From Malacoraja senta (Eukaryota): a DNA stretch of 64,000 nucleotides. The notes beneath the pieces are model-generated. The model made no database searches and was not told the origin of the DNA. It saw nothing but the letters and a program-made list of their open reading frames with translations. Shown piece after piece: positions 52,675 through 64,000 of the stretch (positions within the stretch are counted from its first letter, which is position 1; each line of letters starts with the position of its first letter). The stretch is taken from the NCBI GenBank assembly GCA_038087875.1, contig CM075988.1, forward strand, positions 12,278,001-12,342,000. The letters are read 5' to 3'. Made by a program: the position numbers and the translations under genes.

Positions 52675-54105
52675 GTGAGGTGCCGGAAGACTGGGGGGGG
52701 GGGGGTGACTAATTTTGTGCCGCCATTTAAGAAAAGCTACAAGGACAATAAATGGGAACTGCAGACTAGTGAGCCCAACATCATTGATGGAAAAGTAATT
52801 GGAGGGGATTCTGAAAGGCAGGTCATACATTGCAAAGGCAAGGACAGATTGAGCATAGTCAGCATTGCCTCGTAGTGGGAAATCATGCCTCACAAATTGC
52901 ACAGAGTTTTTTTGAAGAAGGTCGATGAGAGCAGTGCAATGGATGTTGTCTTGGACTCCAGCAAGCCTTTGACAAGGAACTGCATGAGGCTGATCTGGAG
53001 GGTTAAATCACATGTGATCCAGGCAAGATAGCCAATTGAATACAACATTGGCTTGAAGGTAAGAGACTGAGGGTGATAGGAGAAGGTTGTTTTTTAAGAG
53101 ATATCTACTGAGTTGTTCCCCTTGGATTGCTGATGAGTCCACTGCTGTTTGTTATTTATTTTTATGTTGGATGTGAATGAAGTTGGTATGGTTAGTAAAT
53201 TTGCAGAAGACACCAACATTGTTGGTGTAGTGGACTGTAAAGAATGTTAGATTCCAATGAGATCTTGATCAACTGAGCCGATGACGAGGAAAGACAGATG
53301 GAGTTTAATGCAGCTACACGTGAGGTGTTGCATTTTGCTAAGCCAAACCAGGGCAGGACTTGCACAGTAAATGATAGGGGACCTGGTGAGTGCTGGGAGA
53401 CCTTGGGGTACAGGTGGATGGTTCCATGACAGTTAGACAGGGTGATGAAGAAGGCTCTCGACCTGAAACGCCACCCATTCCTTCTCTCCAGAGATTTTGC
53501 CTGTCCCGCTGAGTTACTGCAGCATTTGTGACCATCTTTGATGAAGAAGCTGATTGGCATGCTTGCCTTCATCGGTTAGTGTCGTGAGTGCAGGAGTTGG
53601 GACTTCATGTTATTACTGGACAAGATGTTGGTAAGGCCAAATATGGAGTACTGTGTGCAGTCCTGGTTGCCCTGCTATGGGAGGTATGACATTAAACTGG
53701 AAGAGGTGCACACAAGATGTATGAGGATATTACCGGCTCAAGAAGGTTTGAGTTATGAGGAGAGTGAATAGGTTGGGTGAATTTTACCTGAAGCAGAGAA
53801 TGCTGAAGGGTGACCTTATAAAGATTCGTAAAATTTTGATAAGGTAAATATCCACAGGGTAGGGGTGTCTAAAACTAGAGGGCATAGATTTAAGGTGAGA
53901 GTGTAAAGATTTAAAAGGGACAAAGGTTAGTGTGTATATCTGCGCTGCCATACGAAGTGGTGGAGCTGGGTGCAATTACAGCATTTAAAATACACTTGGA
54001 AAGGAAAGGTTTGGAGGAATGTGGTCCAGGTACAGGAAGTGGAACGGGTTCAGTTAGGCCACTTAGTGAGCATGACTGAATTGGGCCATAGGGCCCATTT
54101 CCACA
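52675..54105 (+). mobile_element. Degraded CR1 LINE, RT region to 3' end
   Basis: Remnants of ANV.P.FKK, GKSCLTN, D.SKAFDK, SKFAEDT and EYCVQSW.P. Confidence 0.75.
53454..53538 (+). mobile_element. Penelope-derived mini-copy inserted into a CR1
   Basis: Direct repeat TGATGAAGAAG at 53443-53453 and 53539-53549. Confidence 0.75.
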
Positions 54106-55004
54106 CTGGGTAGCTCCGAGCCTGTCACACCATTGTCTGCCTACCCTGCAGACTTCAGGCAGGGTAAGCTGTAAAGCACGATTAGGAATCCGTGTTAACT
54201 TGTCCCCCAATTGCGAGCCTGTGTCAGCTGCCCTTTGGGGAATCATAACCACAGTTTCCAGATCTGCTTCTTGCACCTTATGTTTTTCAAATTGTGCCTT
54301 CCAGTGCCTTGAAGTGATTTGGCCAAAAATCAAGATGTCAATAGCGAGACGGTTATCCAAAGATAATGAGCTCAAGTGTTCAAGAGCCTCAACCAGTCAT
54401 AATATACTGTGCTTTTTTCACGCTTCTGCCTGCCTTTCTGTTCACCTTATCAGCTTCTCACACATTCTCTATGTCATGTAAATGTTTTATTTTTTTTATA
54501 TCTGCTGCAATGTGCTTTTTTCCTGTTCTCCAATTGTAATATAATTCCACCTTTTAACCATCTCCATCTCCTCTATGTTAATTTTTCTTTTCACATAAAA
54601 ATGTTACCATTTCTATTTTTTTGCTGTGCATTTGTGTCTGTTTGTCGATCGCTTTTAACACCTTTAACTCAGGACTTGTCCAAGATCTTTTCCAGTCATG
54701 AGTCTGCCTGCTTTTCCTGATTCCATTGGCAATCACAGTCAGGTCTGATGTCACAGATGTTAGCATTGAGCTAGAATTGACTACAAAATCCCAGTGCAAT
54801 TCGTTGTTTATTTTAATGAACCTAACACCGTTCAGCTTGCTCCAGACATTTAGGTACTTGACCAAATGCCAGATATTTTAGAAAATGCTACTTGAATTTG
54901 AATTGCACCAGTGAACATCGCACTCCTTCCAGTTGAATTGAATCGGTGATGCAAGGCTGGGAGGTTATTCTACATTGCTTACACCCATTGGGACAATATG
55001 GGAG

Positions 55005-55450
55005 ACACAAGGAATTGCAGATGCTGGTTTATAAAAAAAGACACAACATACTGGAGTAACTCAGTGGTTCTGGCAGCATCTCTGGAGAACACGAATAGGT
55101 GACATTCAGACTAAATGTGGTGTTGGGGGGGGGGGGGGGTAGGGTATGGGGAGTCGGGGGGTTGGAAGAGAAGTTTGGGCCTGAACAAAGCCTGCGAAGT
55201 GACAGATGATACAGGTGAGGGGTGGATGGTTGGACACAGGCCAGAGATAAAAAGACAAGAAGTCTAAGAGAAGGAAGTAAGTATAGGAGAGGCATGAAAT
55301 GTGAAGCCAATGGAAGGAATACGAGTGGGAAGAGGGAGAGGGGGGGGGAGCGAGTCTTGGTGGGACACAGGGAAGATATGTGCAAAGAAGGGGTGGGGGA
55401 GGGGGGGCGGGTTGTTTGTAGGTTAATTACCTAAAATTGGATAATTCTGT
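55005..55450 (-). mobile_element. Penelope-like 3' fragment
   Basis: GGAATTGCAGATGCTGG...GAGTAACTCAG...GCAGCATCTCTGGAG arm, purine-rich UTR, and TTACCTAAAATTGGATAATTC (ORF end). Confidence 0.6.
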
Positions 55451-56170
55451 ATGCCGATTTGTGCATTGCATTCTATTTTAGACCACAGCAAAGCACTTTG
55501 GATACACTTTCATTTCTATATTCATGTCCTAGGTGTGGAGCCCACAGTAGGTTGGAGACCATCTATTTCTGTTTCTATCTTTTGAACAGCTTTGTCTTAA
55601 TTACAGATCAACATCATTCCTGGTACTGCAAACTAACTTTCAGGAATTGTTTTCCCACAGGTGTTAATCTTTATTGATTGTTTTCTCCCTCTTAATATCA
55701 ATTTTTATTTCCTTCTCTGATTGAACAAGCATTGAATATTTCAATATACTCTTCCTGGTCCTGCCTCTGTGTTGAAAGTTAACAAATGTTGAGTGTTATT
55801 GTTTAGGTTAAGTACAAGTTATTTAGCCAGTCAGACTAGTATCGGATTTCCTTAAGATGGCATTTCAAACTTGGGTCTCTAATTTCCAGAGGAAAACAAA
55901 ACATAGACACTTAAATGGACTTGGTTACATGTACGGAACAATATTCCGGTATCTGTTCCTTTCTTTCTGAAGATGCTTGACCTGTGCATTTTCTATTTGC
56001 TCCCTTGAGAAAGACATTTTTCAATTAATGCCTCTAATAATTATCCATTGGATGAAATATTTGATACTCCCTCCAACTCTTTAAAAAAAATCTTGATTTT
56101 TTTTTATGGAGGTGCTATAGAATGGAGATAAACTTGCTTATGATAGACACAAAATGCTGGAGTAATGTAA

Positions 56171-56854
56171 AGGGCCTGTCCCACTTGCGTGTCCTTGGCA
56201 CGCAAATTACGCGACCTCGTGGTCGCGTTGAGCCGCGACGGTCCTGTGCGATTTCATGCATACACACAGCCGTCTGGAGCGTGTGACGTCATTTGAAGAT
56301 GGAAACAAAGCTGGAGTAACTCAGCGGGACCGGCAGCATCTCTGGAGAGAAGGAATGGGTGACGTTTCGTGTTGAGACTCTTCTACAGTCTGAAAAGAAG
56401 GGTCTTGACCCGAAACGTCACACATTCCTTCTCGCCAGAGATGCTGCCGGTCCCACTGAGTTAATCCTGTATTTTGTGTCCATCTTCAATTTTCTTGGCC
56501 CCGCTCTGGGAGTAGAAATGGGGGCAGATACGGACCGCAACGGCCGTGAGCCCCAGGCCGAGTTCGGCGATCGTTTGCCTGCTTCTGCTGCTGTTGGAGG
56601 TGAGACGTTGCGTCGTGCCAGTGTCTTGGGCCTGACCCACTTTGGCCATCAGTTACGCGACAGGCCATTGGCGCGCAAAGATTTTGTTCGCTACAAATAT
56701 TTCGGACCCCTGCGCGATGTCGCGCACAACTACATACCCATCCGCGCTTCTAAGTGGGACCGGCCCCGCGCGGCCATACGATGCCCATGCGCCTCAACGC
56801 GACCACGAGGTCGCGTAATTTGCGTGCCAAGGACACGTAAGTGGGACAGGCCCT
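56171..56854. mobile_element. MITE, family 2 (about 60-bp near-perfect TIRs) containing a Penelope-derived palindrome
   Basis: AGGGCCTGTCCCACTTGCGTGTCCTTGGCACGCAAATTACGCGACCTCGTGGTCGCGTTGAG is mirrored at the right end; TAA/TTA flanks; CpG-rich. Confidence 0.88.
56293..56489. mobile_element. Penelope-derived fold-back palindrome inside the MITE
   Basis: TTGAAGATGGAAACAAA...GGGTGACGTTTCG / CCCGAAACGTCAC...GTGTCCATCTTCAA. Confidence 0.85.
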
Positions 56855-57152
56855 TTACAGGACAGGCAGCATCTCTGGAGAGAAGGAATGGGTGGTCTTG
56901 TATTACTGCAGAAAGGGGATTCCTTCTGCAATTGTTATAATCATTTGAGAAGTGATATATTATTCTATAAATGCTAAATTATGAAAATGGCAGGTCGGGT
57001 GGTATCAAGAGTGAGTGAGAGTTACCGGTTCATGTGGATGATCAACAATATTTTGATGCTTGCACTCTTGTAACAAGAGGTGCAGTGTTGTTAATTTCCT
57101 GACATCTGCACTTTGTTAAGTCTTGTCCCTCTCTCTCCTGGTTTAATTGTAG

Positions 57153-57385
57153 GTGTCTAATTGACAGTGGTGTGACACGTGTGGCGTGGCTGAACCGCTC
57201 CAGCATACTCTACGCAGGGAAGGATAAATGGTCACTGGACCCTCGAGTGATTATCGTGACAAACAGCAAAACAGAATACAGCATTCAGATCATGTCCGTG
57301 GATGTGTACGATGAAGGCCCTTACACTTGCTCAGTCCAAACTCTCAACCATCCCAGGACAACCCGGGTGCACATAATTGTACAAG
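57153..57385 (+). CDS. NTM/OPCML: Internal coding exon (233 bp) of an IgLON cell-adhesion gene, NTM/OPCML clade; first Ig (V-type) domain
   Basis: Polypyrimidine tract and AG at 57151-57152; GT donor at 57386. Reading from 57154 gives [77 protein letters not shown]. This matches the [31 protein letters not shown] signature of neurotrimin and OPCML rather than NEGR1, LSAMP or IgLON5. Phases are 2 (start) and 1 (end). The paralog cannot be resolved from this exon alone. Confidence 0.93.
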
Positions 57386-58472
57386 GTAGGAGCCACTTTC
57401 AATTGTTTGGGACCATTGTTTGCAACTAAATATAAAGATGAAATTAATTACATTTTAAAAGATCATCCAAAATAGCAGAGGTTTAAAATCCCTGCATTTG
57501 TTTCGGTAGCTTGTTTAAACAACCTGAAATAAAATTGAATCAAGCTGATTTTTTAACTTATAACATGTAACATTCAGTTGTGTTGCTTTAGAAATCAATT
57601 TTTACTTTAAATCTCTTTTTACCGAGGAAATACATCAAACCATTTTAATAGCTGCATGATTATTGCCAACTATGTTTGAAACTCATCTCAAATGCTAATG
57701 TGTAATAGAGATGTTTTGTTTCGGTAATGAGCAACTTAGTTCTTTCAAACTGTAAAATGTGCACATCAATATGCTAATTGATTTTTCCAGATCTGATATT
57801 GGAAGCAGTATGTCATTCCAAGATAATGCAGGCGCTTTGAATGCCTTGTCTTCAGCTCCTGCAGAGTTCAGCCATAAATGACATAGTTTCACTTCAACCA
57901 ACACTGTTGTTGGTGCACGACTGTTACTTTACAATGAGGAAAGCTCACAAAGGCCTTGGACATGGACAGGATCAGGTCTGGCTCTGATCCTCTTCACAGT
58001 CGATCAGCCAGCTAACGAACATTTCCTCAATTCATACAACTTGATGAAGTTCTGGAGAGCTTGTAAGACCTGTTGGGCAGGCCTTCACAAGACAAAATAA
58101 TGTCTTTATCAAATCAACACTACCTTTCCTGTTATCTTCTTTCTTTACCTTGAACATGTGTACTTGCAGGTACATTGTTGTGGAGCATAACGATACTTAT
58201 TTCAAGGCATTTACAAATGCATACATTGGGACTACCACACGTAGGAAGGTTTGAGGAATGTTCATGTGGGAGTGTGAAGCAAAGTCATGACATGAAATAT
58301 TACCAGTTATTGTGTTGTGGTCGAGTAATTTTAGGGTAAAATAAACAAAAAGGTGCCAATGGGGGCCTTTAATATACATCCACATCACGCGACTAGAAAA
58401 CAAAATAATAATGGTGAACTTTTTTAAGGGGCCAATCTGGGGTATGGCATGTACTGTAACAAAAAAAAGCAA

Positions 58473-58682
58473 TCTGTAAAACACAAGGGAGGATTGTAAT
58501 TGATAGGGAGGTAATTGATTGTAATTGATAGGGAGGCTCCCGAGCTATGATCTTTGCTGAGGAGTGCTCGAATCTTACCTTTGGCAACGGGTTGAATTGG
58601 AGGACCACGCCTCCCGTGAGGACTACGGGTTGGGGACGGGTGCGTTGGGGGAGCAGACCCAACGGGTCTGCACTTGGTCTAG
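58473..58682 (+). mobile_element. Short Helitron or Helitron 3' terminus
   Basis: Perfect hairpin GCAGACCC-AAC-GGGTCTGC (58653-58671), then 7 nt, then CTAG|T (58679-58683). The 5' boundary is uncertain (possible A|TC at 58473). Confidence 0.7.
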
Positions 58683-59300
58683 TGAAATATAAAAACAGGT
58701 GTCAGCCATCCAGTTCCTTGCATTTGCAGCATATTTGATGCATACTGTGTTGTAATTCTTCAATTTATTTCTGGACTGCTATCAAGCCTATTGATGTAGT
58801 TTCCCAATCAATCACAGCCAACTCATGTCTCATGCCTTTATTTAGATTTGAACCCTAGTTTTTGATTGAACTGCATCATATTCAGTCTTAACATAAAATT
58901 CCATGGTATTCTATGACCACTTTTCCTTCCAGGTCCTCAACTATATTATTAATGAAGGGGTAGGACACTCACAGTGAATGGTAGGGCTCTAGGGAGTTTT
59001 GCATAATAGAGAGACCTACCAATACAAGCACATAATTCCCTGAAAGTGGCATAACGGACAAACACAGCCGAAAATCTCCCAGCTTTCTTTCCCGTACAAG
59101 TATGGTCCTGATCTGTAAAATTGCCAATTCATGGCCACCAGAGATGCTACCTGACATTTAAGTTACTTAGCACTTTGTGTCTTTTTTTGCAACCCAGCAT
59201 CTGCAGTCCCTTGTGTTGCACTGGGTACCCGGTTGGAATTATGTAAGTATCTGTAAGATTGGGGTGAAGGAATGCTTGGGTGGGTAGGCACTAAGTGCAG

Positions 59301-59433
59301 GAAGGAACTGCAGATGCTGGTTTACACCGAAGATAGACACAAACTGCTGAAGTTACTCAGCGGGACAGGCAGCATCTCTGGAGAGAATGAATGGGTGACG
59401 TTTCGGGTTGAGACCCTTCTTCAGATTGAGCAG
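59301..59433 (-). mobile_element. Penelope-derived mini-copy with TSD and an intact hammerhead-like core
   Basis: TAAGTGCAG at 59292-59300 and 59434-59442; core CTGAAGAAGGGTCTCAACCCGAAACGTC on the minus strand (59424-59397). Confidence 0.8.
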
Positions 59434-60769
59434 TAAGTGCAGTTGTGAATGAGGGTAGGCTCAGGTGGAACAGGTTTAGTCAGTTGTTTCTCAGAGGTCA
59501 CAGGCACCGCCAAAAAAAGTTTCAGTCCGTTTGTTTGAGCAGCTGTTTTTGGAGGCATGTGTGAGTAAAAACAATGTGAAATCTTTGAGTTCTCTGCATC
59601 CTACCACCCTGTTTGCCCTGGGAAAATAGTAGTGCATCATTGCAGCATCAATAGCTTCAGCCCAGTTTGGGACATCCGTCTCCCTCTGGATACACACGTA
59701 ACAATTAAATGAAACAAATTCCAAGAAAATTTAAAAAAAACGAATAATAAATCTTGCGATAAAATTACAATGATAACATAGCAGTTATCAATTGCCCTTT
59801 AGGAATATCTCCGTTTTAGAATGTGGGGAAGGTTGACTGTCAATACGTGAAATACAGGCTACTGATGATAGACAAGATGAAAACAAGGCTGACAGCACTG
59901 CTGTTTATGAATAAAAGCTTGTTGTCATGAAACCATGTCCCAAGTGGTCAATGGTCATATATGGCTTTGCACTTTTGTGATGGCATTATTTGAATTTTGC
60001 AAATAAATGTAGTGGTGAACTTTTGAAAGTCCTTTCTCATTTCAAAAGTCTCCTGGATTTGTTTGTGAAGATTTAGAGGAATCTAATTTATCAAACAATC
60101 CAACTGAAATTGTTTTTCTGATATAGGCAGGTACATTTAAATTTATTTACCTTGGGGGGAGGGGGGGGGGGGGGACAGATCACTGTTAGCCCGAGGTTTG
60201 AAGAGGATAATAAAATAAACATAATCTTCTCCGACATATCCCATATCAATTTCAGAAGAGCTCAGGACATGACCTCGAGTGTTATGTAAATATTAAAAAT
60301 TGTTAAAAAGAATACTATCTAATGAGAGTTTCATTTCAAACTGCTGATGGCTATTGATTTTGTGGGAATAAAAAAATGAAACATCTGTAACTTTACATAT
60401 TGGGCCATTCGCTACTAATTGGGTGATAATTCTTCAGTCCAACTTTGCACATTGATGGGTAAAGTTCTCCGGAAGATTATTCCAGTTTTTGAAAAATTGT
60501 CTCCACCTTATGTTGTAATGCTGGTGATTGAGGAAGCAAAGAATTTGATGGTGTCGCTCACATACTAACAGATATACAGTAAAGGCTTAATTAAAGTACA
60601 TAGAACATTGACGAGTACAACACAGAATAGGCCCTTCAGCTCACACTGTCCATGCCGAACATGATGCCATGTTAAACTAATCTCCTTTGCCTGCACGTGA
60701 TCCATATCCGTCCTTTCCCTGCATAGCAGAAACTGTTCTTGCAGCAAACATATAGAATAAGTTCATAGC

Positions 60770-61490
60770 TTACTAAAGGTGGCAAGCACAAATATATAGG
60801 ATGGTTAAGAAGGCAGAACAATGTCTTCATTGCCAGGGTACAAGGGTCAGCAAGTCATGATGCAGCTCTATAGGAATTTGGTCGAGTCATAGAGTGATAC
60901 AGTGTGGAAGCGGGCCCAACTTGCCCACATCGACCAACATGTCCCAGCTACGCTAGTCCCACCTGCCACATTTGCCAAGCCACATTTGGAGTATTTCATG
61001 CAGTTCTCATCACCCCATTACAGGAAAGAGATGGAGGTTTTGGAGAGGGTGCAGAGGTGGTTTACTAGAATGCTGCCTGGTTCGAGGCTTTCAGCTACAG
61101 GGAGTGGTTGGATAAACAGATTGTTTTCTCTGGAATGACGGACGTTGAGGGGCGACGATAAAGTATATAAAATTATGAGTAGCATCGAAAGGGTAGACAT
61201 TCAGAACCTTTATCCCTTGTGTGGAAAATGTCCAATACTAAAGGGCATAGTTATAAGGTGAGAGGGGGAAGGTTTAATGGAGATGTGGGTGAAAGTGTTT
61301 TTACATAGAGTGATGGGGGCCTGGAACACACTGCCAGGGGTGGTGGTGGTGGAGGCAGATATGATAGTAGTCTTTGGGAGGCATGGAAGTGCAGGCATAT
61401 GGATCATGTACAGCCAGATGAGATGAGTTCAACTAGGCATCATATTTGGCACAAACATCAAGGGTTGAAGGGCCCATTCCTGTGTTATAT
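60770..61490 (+). mobile_element. Degraded CR1 3' fragment with an inverted CR1 tail inserted at about 60885-60965
   Basis: PHLEYFMQFSSPHYRKEMEVLERVQRWFTRMLPG. Confidence 0.75.
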
Positions 61491-61568
61491 CTTAAAAGCG
61501 TTCACGATAAAACTCGGATTTTATCTATTTTACCCAGAACCAAGTGTTGCAGCTTGGCAGTGAGGAAT

Positions 61569-61708
61569 AGTGTAAGAAGGAACTGCAGATGCTGGTTTGA
61601 ACCCAAGATAGACACAAAAAGCTGGAGTTACTCAGCGGGACAGGCAGCATCTCTGGAGAGGAGGAATGGGTGATGTTTTGGGTCAAGACCTTTCTTCAGA
61701 CTCAGACT
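61569..61708 (-). mobile_element. Penelope-derived mini-copy
   Basis: Full terminal arm from GTGTAAGAAGGAACTGCAGATG to CTTCAGACT, with AGGAAT on both sides. Confidence 0.75.
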
Positions 61709-62689
61709 AGGAATTTAAACTCAATGACAGTTTTATTTTTGGAATAATGGTCTGCTTGGCTGCTGAAAATGTTGCGATTCTAAAAATACATGCGTTTGGA
61801 CCCAGTGGGTGAGACCCATATTTTAATGCTAAATGTGTTTCTTAATGCAGTAAATGTGCCAAATGAATAGTTTCCATGTACTAAGCCCTGCATCGCTCTC
61901 AATATTGATGTCAATACCAGTCCAATTGTTACTATGCTCATCGGCGATCAATATGAGGTGCCAAAATAGCTTTTTAAAGATTCCCGGCATATGTAGAACC
62001 GTTTCAACTAATATGAACATGTAGAGTGATAACTTCAACTTCATAAATTCTGCCAGGCTCATTGAGGCAAAGCCAGCACATGAAGTAACAAAATGGATAA
62101 AATGAATCGGAGAATAGCTTTAGGAAGCTAAAGCAATGACACTCCCTAAGTATGCCACTTTTCAAATCTCTGCCTCCAAAATTTCAAATGTTATTCAGAT
62201 TTGTAAGTACTGACATTTTTATCCTACAATCCAAATGTTGAAAGGTTTTGTGTTCCAGCATGTTACGAAGTCATTTGAACTTCTCATTGTACTTGTCAGA
62301 GCCGTTGTTCATTTTCAGGCAATAGGGCTCGTTATATTTGGAGTTGTAACTTGGCTTTATGCATGTCCCCCCCCCCCCCCCCACCAGGTGTGCAAGAATA
62401 TGCACCATGTTGTGTTGCTGTTGGATTTTTCCATTGTGTGCAAAATATTGCGCTCTGCATTACTGCTGCACCAGTAACAAAGCCATGTTGCTGCATGAGT
62501 TTATGAATGTATTTGTAGGTAATGCTGCAGTCCATTGGAAGCATAGTGGGATAACACAGCAGCTTCACTGGTGTGAAGACTTACAGATGCAAAGGAAGAT
62601 GTGGCAATTTGTCACATGCTCATTCACTCAAGATGTGAGTTTAAGGTTGTTAAAGTAATGGAGCAAATTGAAGGTCTTGCATGAAGAAA

Positions 62690-63050
62690 TGTCAGCCAGT
62701 CCCAAAGTGCTTTTAACCAATAAATAACTTCTCAGTGAGTTGTTCTCTGTTTTAGGGAATTGTTGCAGATGATTTTTGTACTGCATACTCTCTCAAATAT
62801 TGGAATAAAAACCACTCAGCCTATTGGTTGAGAGGCACGTACTGACAACCACACAACAACCCTTTTCTAATCCAAATTGGTCAGTGAGACATTGTGTTCC
62901 CTCTTCAAGGTTAAAGGTGCCTTGCTTTAACATTCTATCTGAGGGAGAGTAGCACCTCTGTGTATGCAACTCTCCAGTGAAGCGTTGGCCTCAATTATGC
63001 GCTCCATGCTGTGAAATGAAGCTTAAACTCCAATGACCTTGGAGTTGGCA
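62690..63050 (-). mobile_element. Ancient DeuSINE (SacSINE/AmnSINE-like) remnant
   Basis: TCCCAAAGTGCTTT.A.CCAAT tail, GGTTGAG and TTTAAC.T.CTATCTGA...GCACCTCT resemble the reverse-complemented Deu domain; recognised from memory only. Confidence 0.45.
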
Positions 63051-64000
63051 AGAAAGCTTTTGCAATATCAGTCCTGCCGATACAGTATGTGGAACCAGAC
63101 TGAGGAATCTAAACTGAGGTGATGTAGAACATAGACAATAGAAAGGTACAGCACAGGACCAGGGCCTTTGGCCCACAGTTAGCCTTTGGTGACATGGATG
63201 TAAAATTAGAATTGAGAGACTTTAGCAGGAAGGCAAGATATTTTTTTTATGTAGAGGCTACTGAGTGTTTATTAGAGTGTCTACTAAAGATGGCCAGGCA
63301 AAGGGAAGCTGCTATCTTTAGTGAAGTAGGGGATTGGGGGTCCTGGAATCCTAGAATGGAGACAGCAGGGAACAGCAGGTATGTGGATTTGTAGTAGAGA
63401 TCGAGTGTGTTGGGTAGTTTTTCAGTGTAATATCGTAGCAGGGACAATGTGGGTTTGGTGACTGATTTTTTTTTTTGTGAAAACTGCTGATGTGGGTGAT
63501 TTGAAATAAAAAGAGAAAATTCTGGGAGCACTAATACTGGACCTTATTGTAACAATACTGCAGCTCATAGACCAATGGGTTAGAGTGGGAGTGGGTCAGA
63601 GAATTAAAGTCAAAGACAATGGGAAGCTCAAGGTGACACCCATGGATTGACTATGTATTCGACCAAGCAATCAGCCACTCTGTGTTTGTTTTTTTCAATG
63701 CAGAAAAGGTTGTGAGAGCAAAAACAAATGCAATGCCATCATTGTTCGAGTTATGTGGAAATAATGTGATATAATCCAGTACAAAAAGGGCCCAACTATA
63801 CTGTATTCTGAAGTGGACTTTACTGCCCACAGTCATAACCAGGGTGTCCAATTTCTTCTGAAATTGCTTCTTCTAGATTAGGACTGCATACAATGTCTCT
63901 CTCAAAGGGCATATTACCCCTTCCAAAATTAAATTAGCTCTGCTCGTTTTAACATAGTAATGTTTTAATATCTTCCAGTGTGTGTGTTTTGTTATATTTT

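Noticed and set aside
56359..56940. 193-aa ORF near the exon
   Set aside because: Lies entirely within nested MITE/Penelope sequence; no transposase or other motif.
58920..58965. TTTTCCTTCCAG acceptor followed by IINEG as the next IgLON exon
   Set aside because: The required phase hits TAA within a few codons, and the downstream sequence is a CR1 remnant.

Overview
Eukaryotic, repeat-rich vertebrate DNA, most likely from a cartilaginous fish (skate/ray-like; inferred from the HE1-type V-SINEs, CR1 and Penelope-type repeats). Almost all of the window looks like intron of a + strand IgLON-family gene (NTM/OPCML clade). Only one host coding exon is supportable: 57153-57385, the first Ig domain, with AG/GT splice sites. 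The rest is mostly transposable elements: Rex1/Babar, L2, CR1 and RTE LINE pieces, HE1-type and CORE-type SINEs, a full-length defective Passport-like Tc1, a non-autonomous hAT with an 8-bp TSD, MITEs with AGGGCCTGTCCCACT ends, Helitron ends and simple repeats. The most interesting signal is an abundant Penelope-derived family carrying a minimal hammerhead-ribozyme-like core (CTGAAGA-A-GGGTC-nn-GACCC-GAAACGTC). It occurs as TSD-flanked mini-copies, as fold-back palindromes, and once as cargo inside a MITE. A 307-bp bipartite RTE with a possible HDV-like 5' pseudoknot is also notable. Most ORFs in the supplied track are spurious. Boundaries of degraded repeats are approximate.
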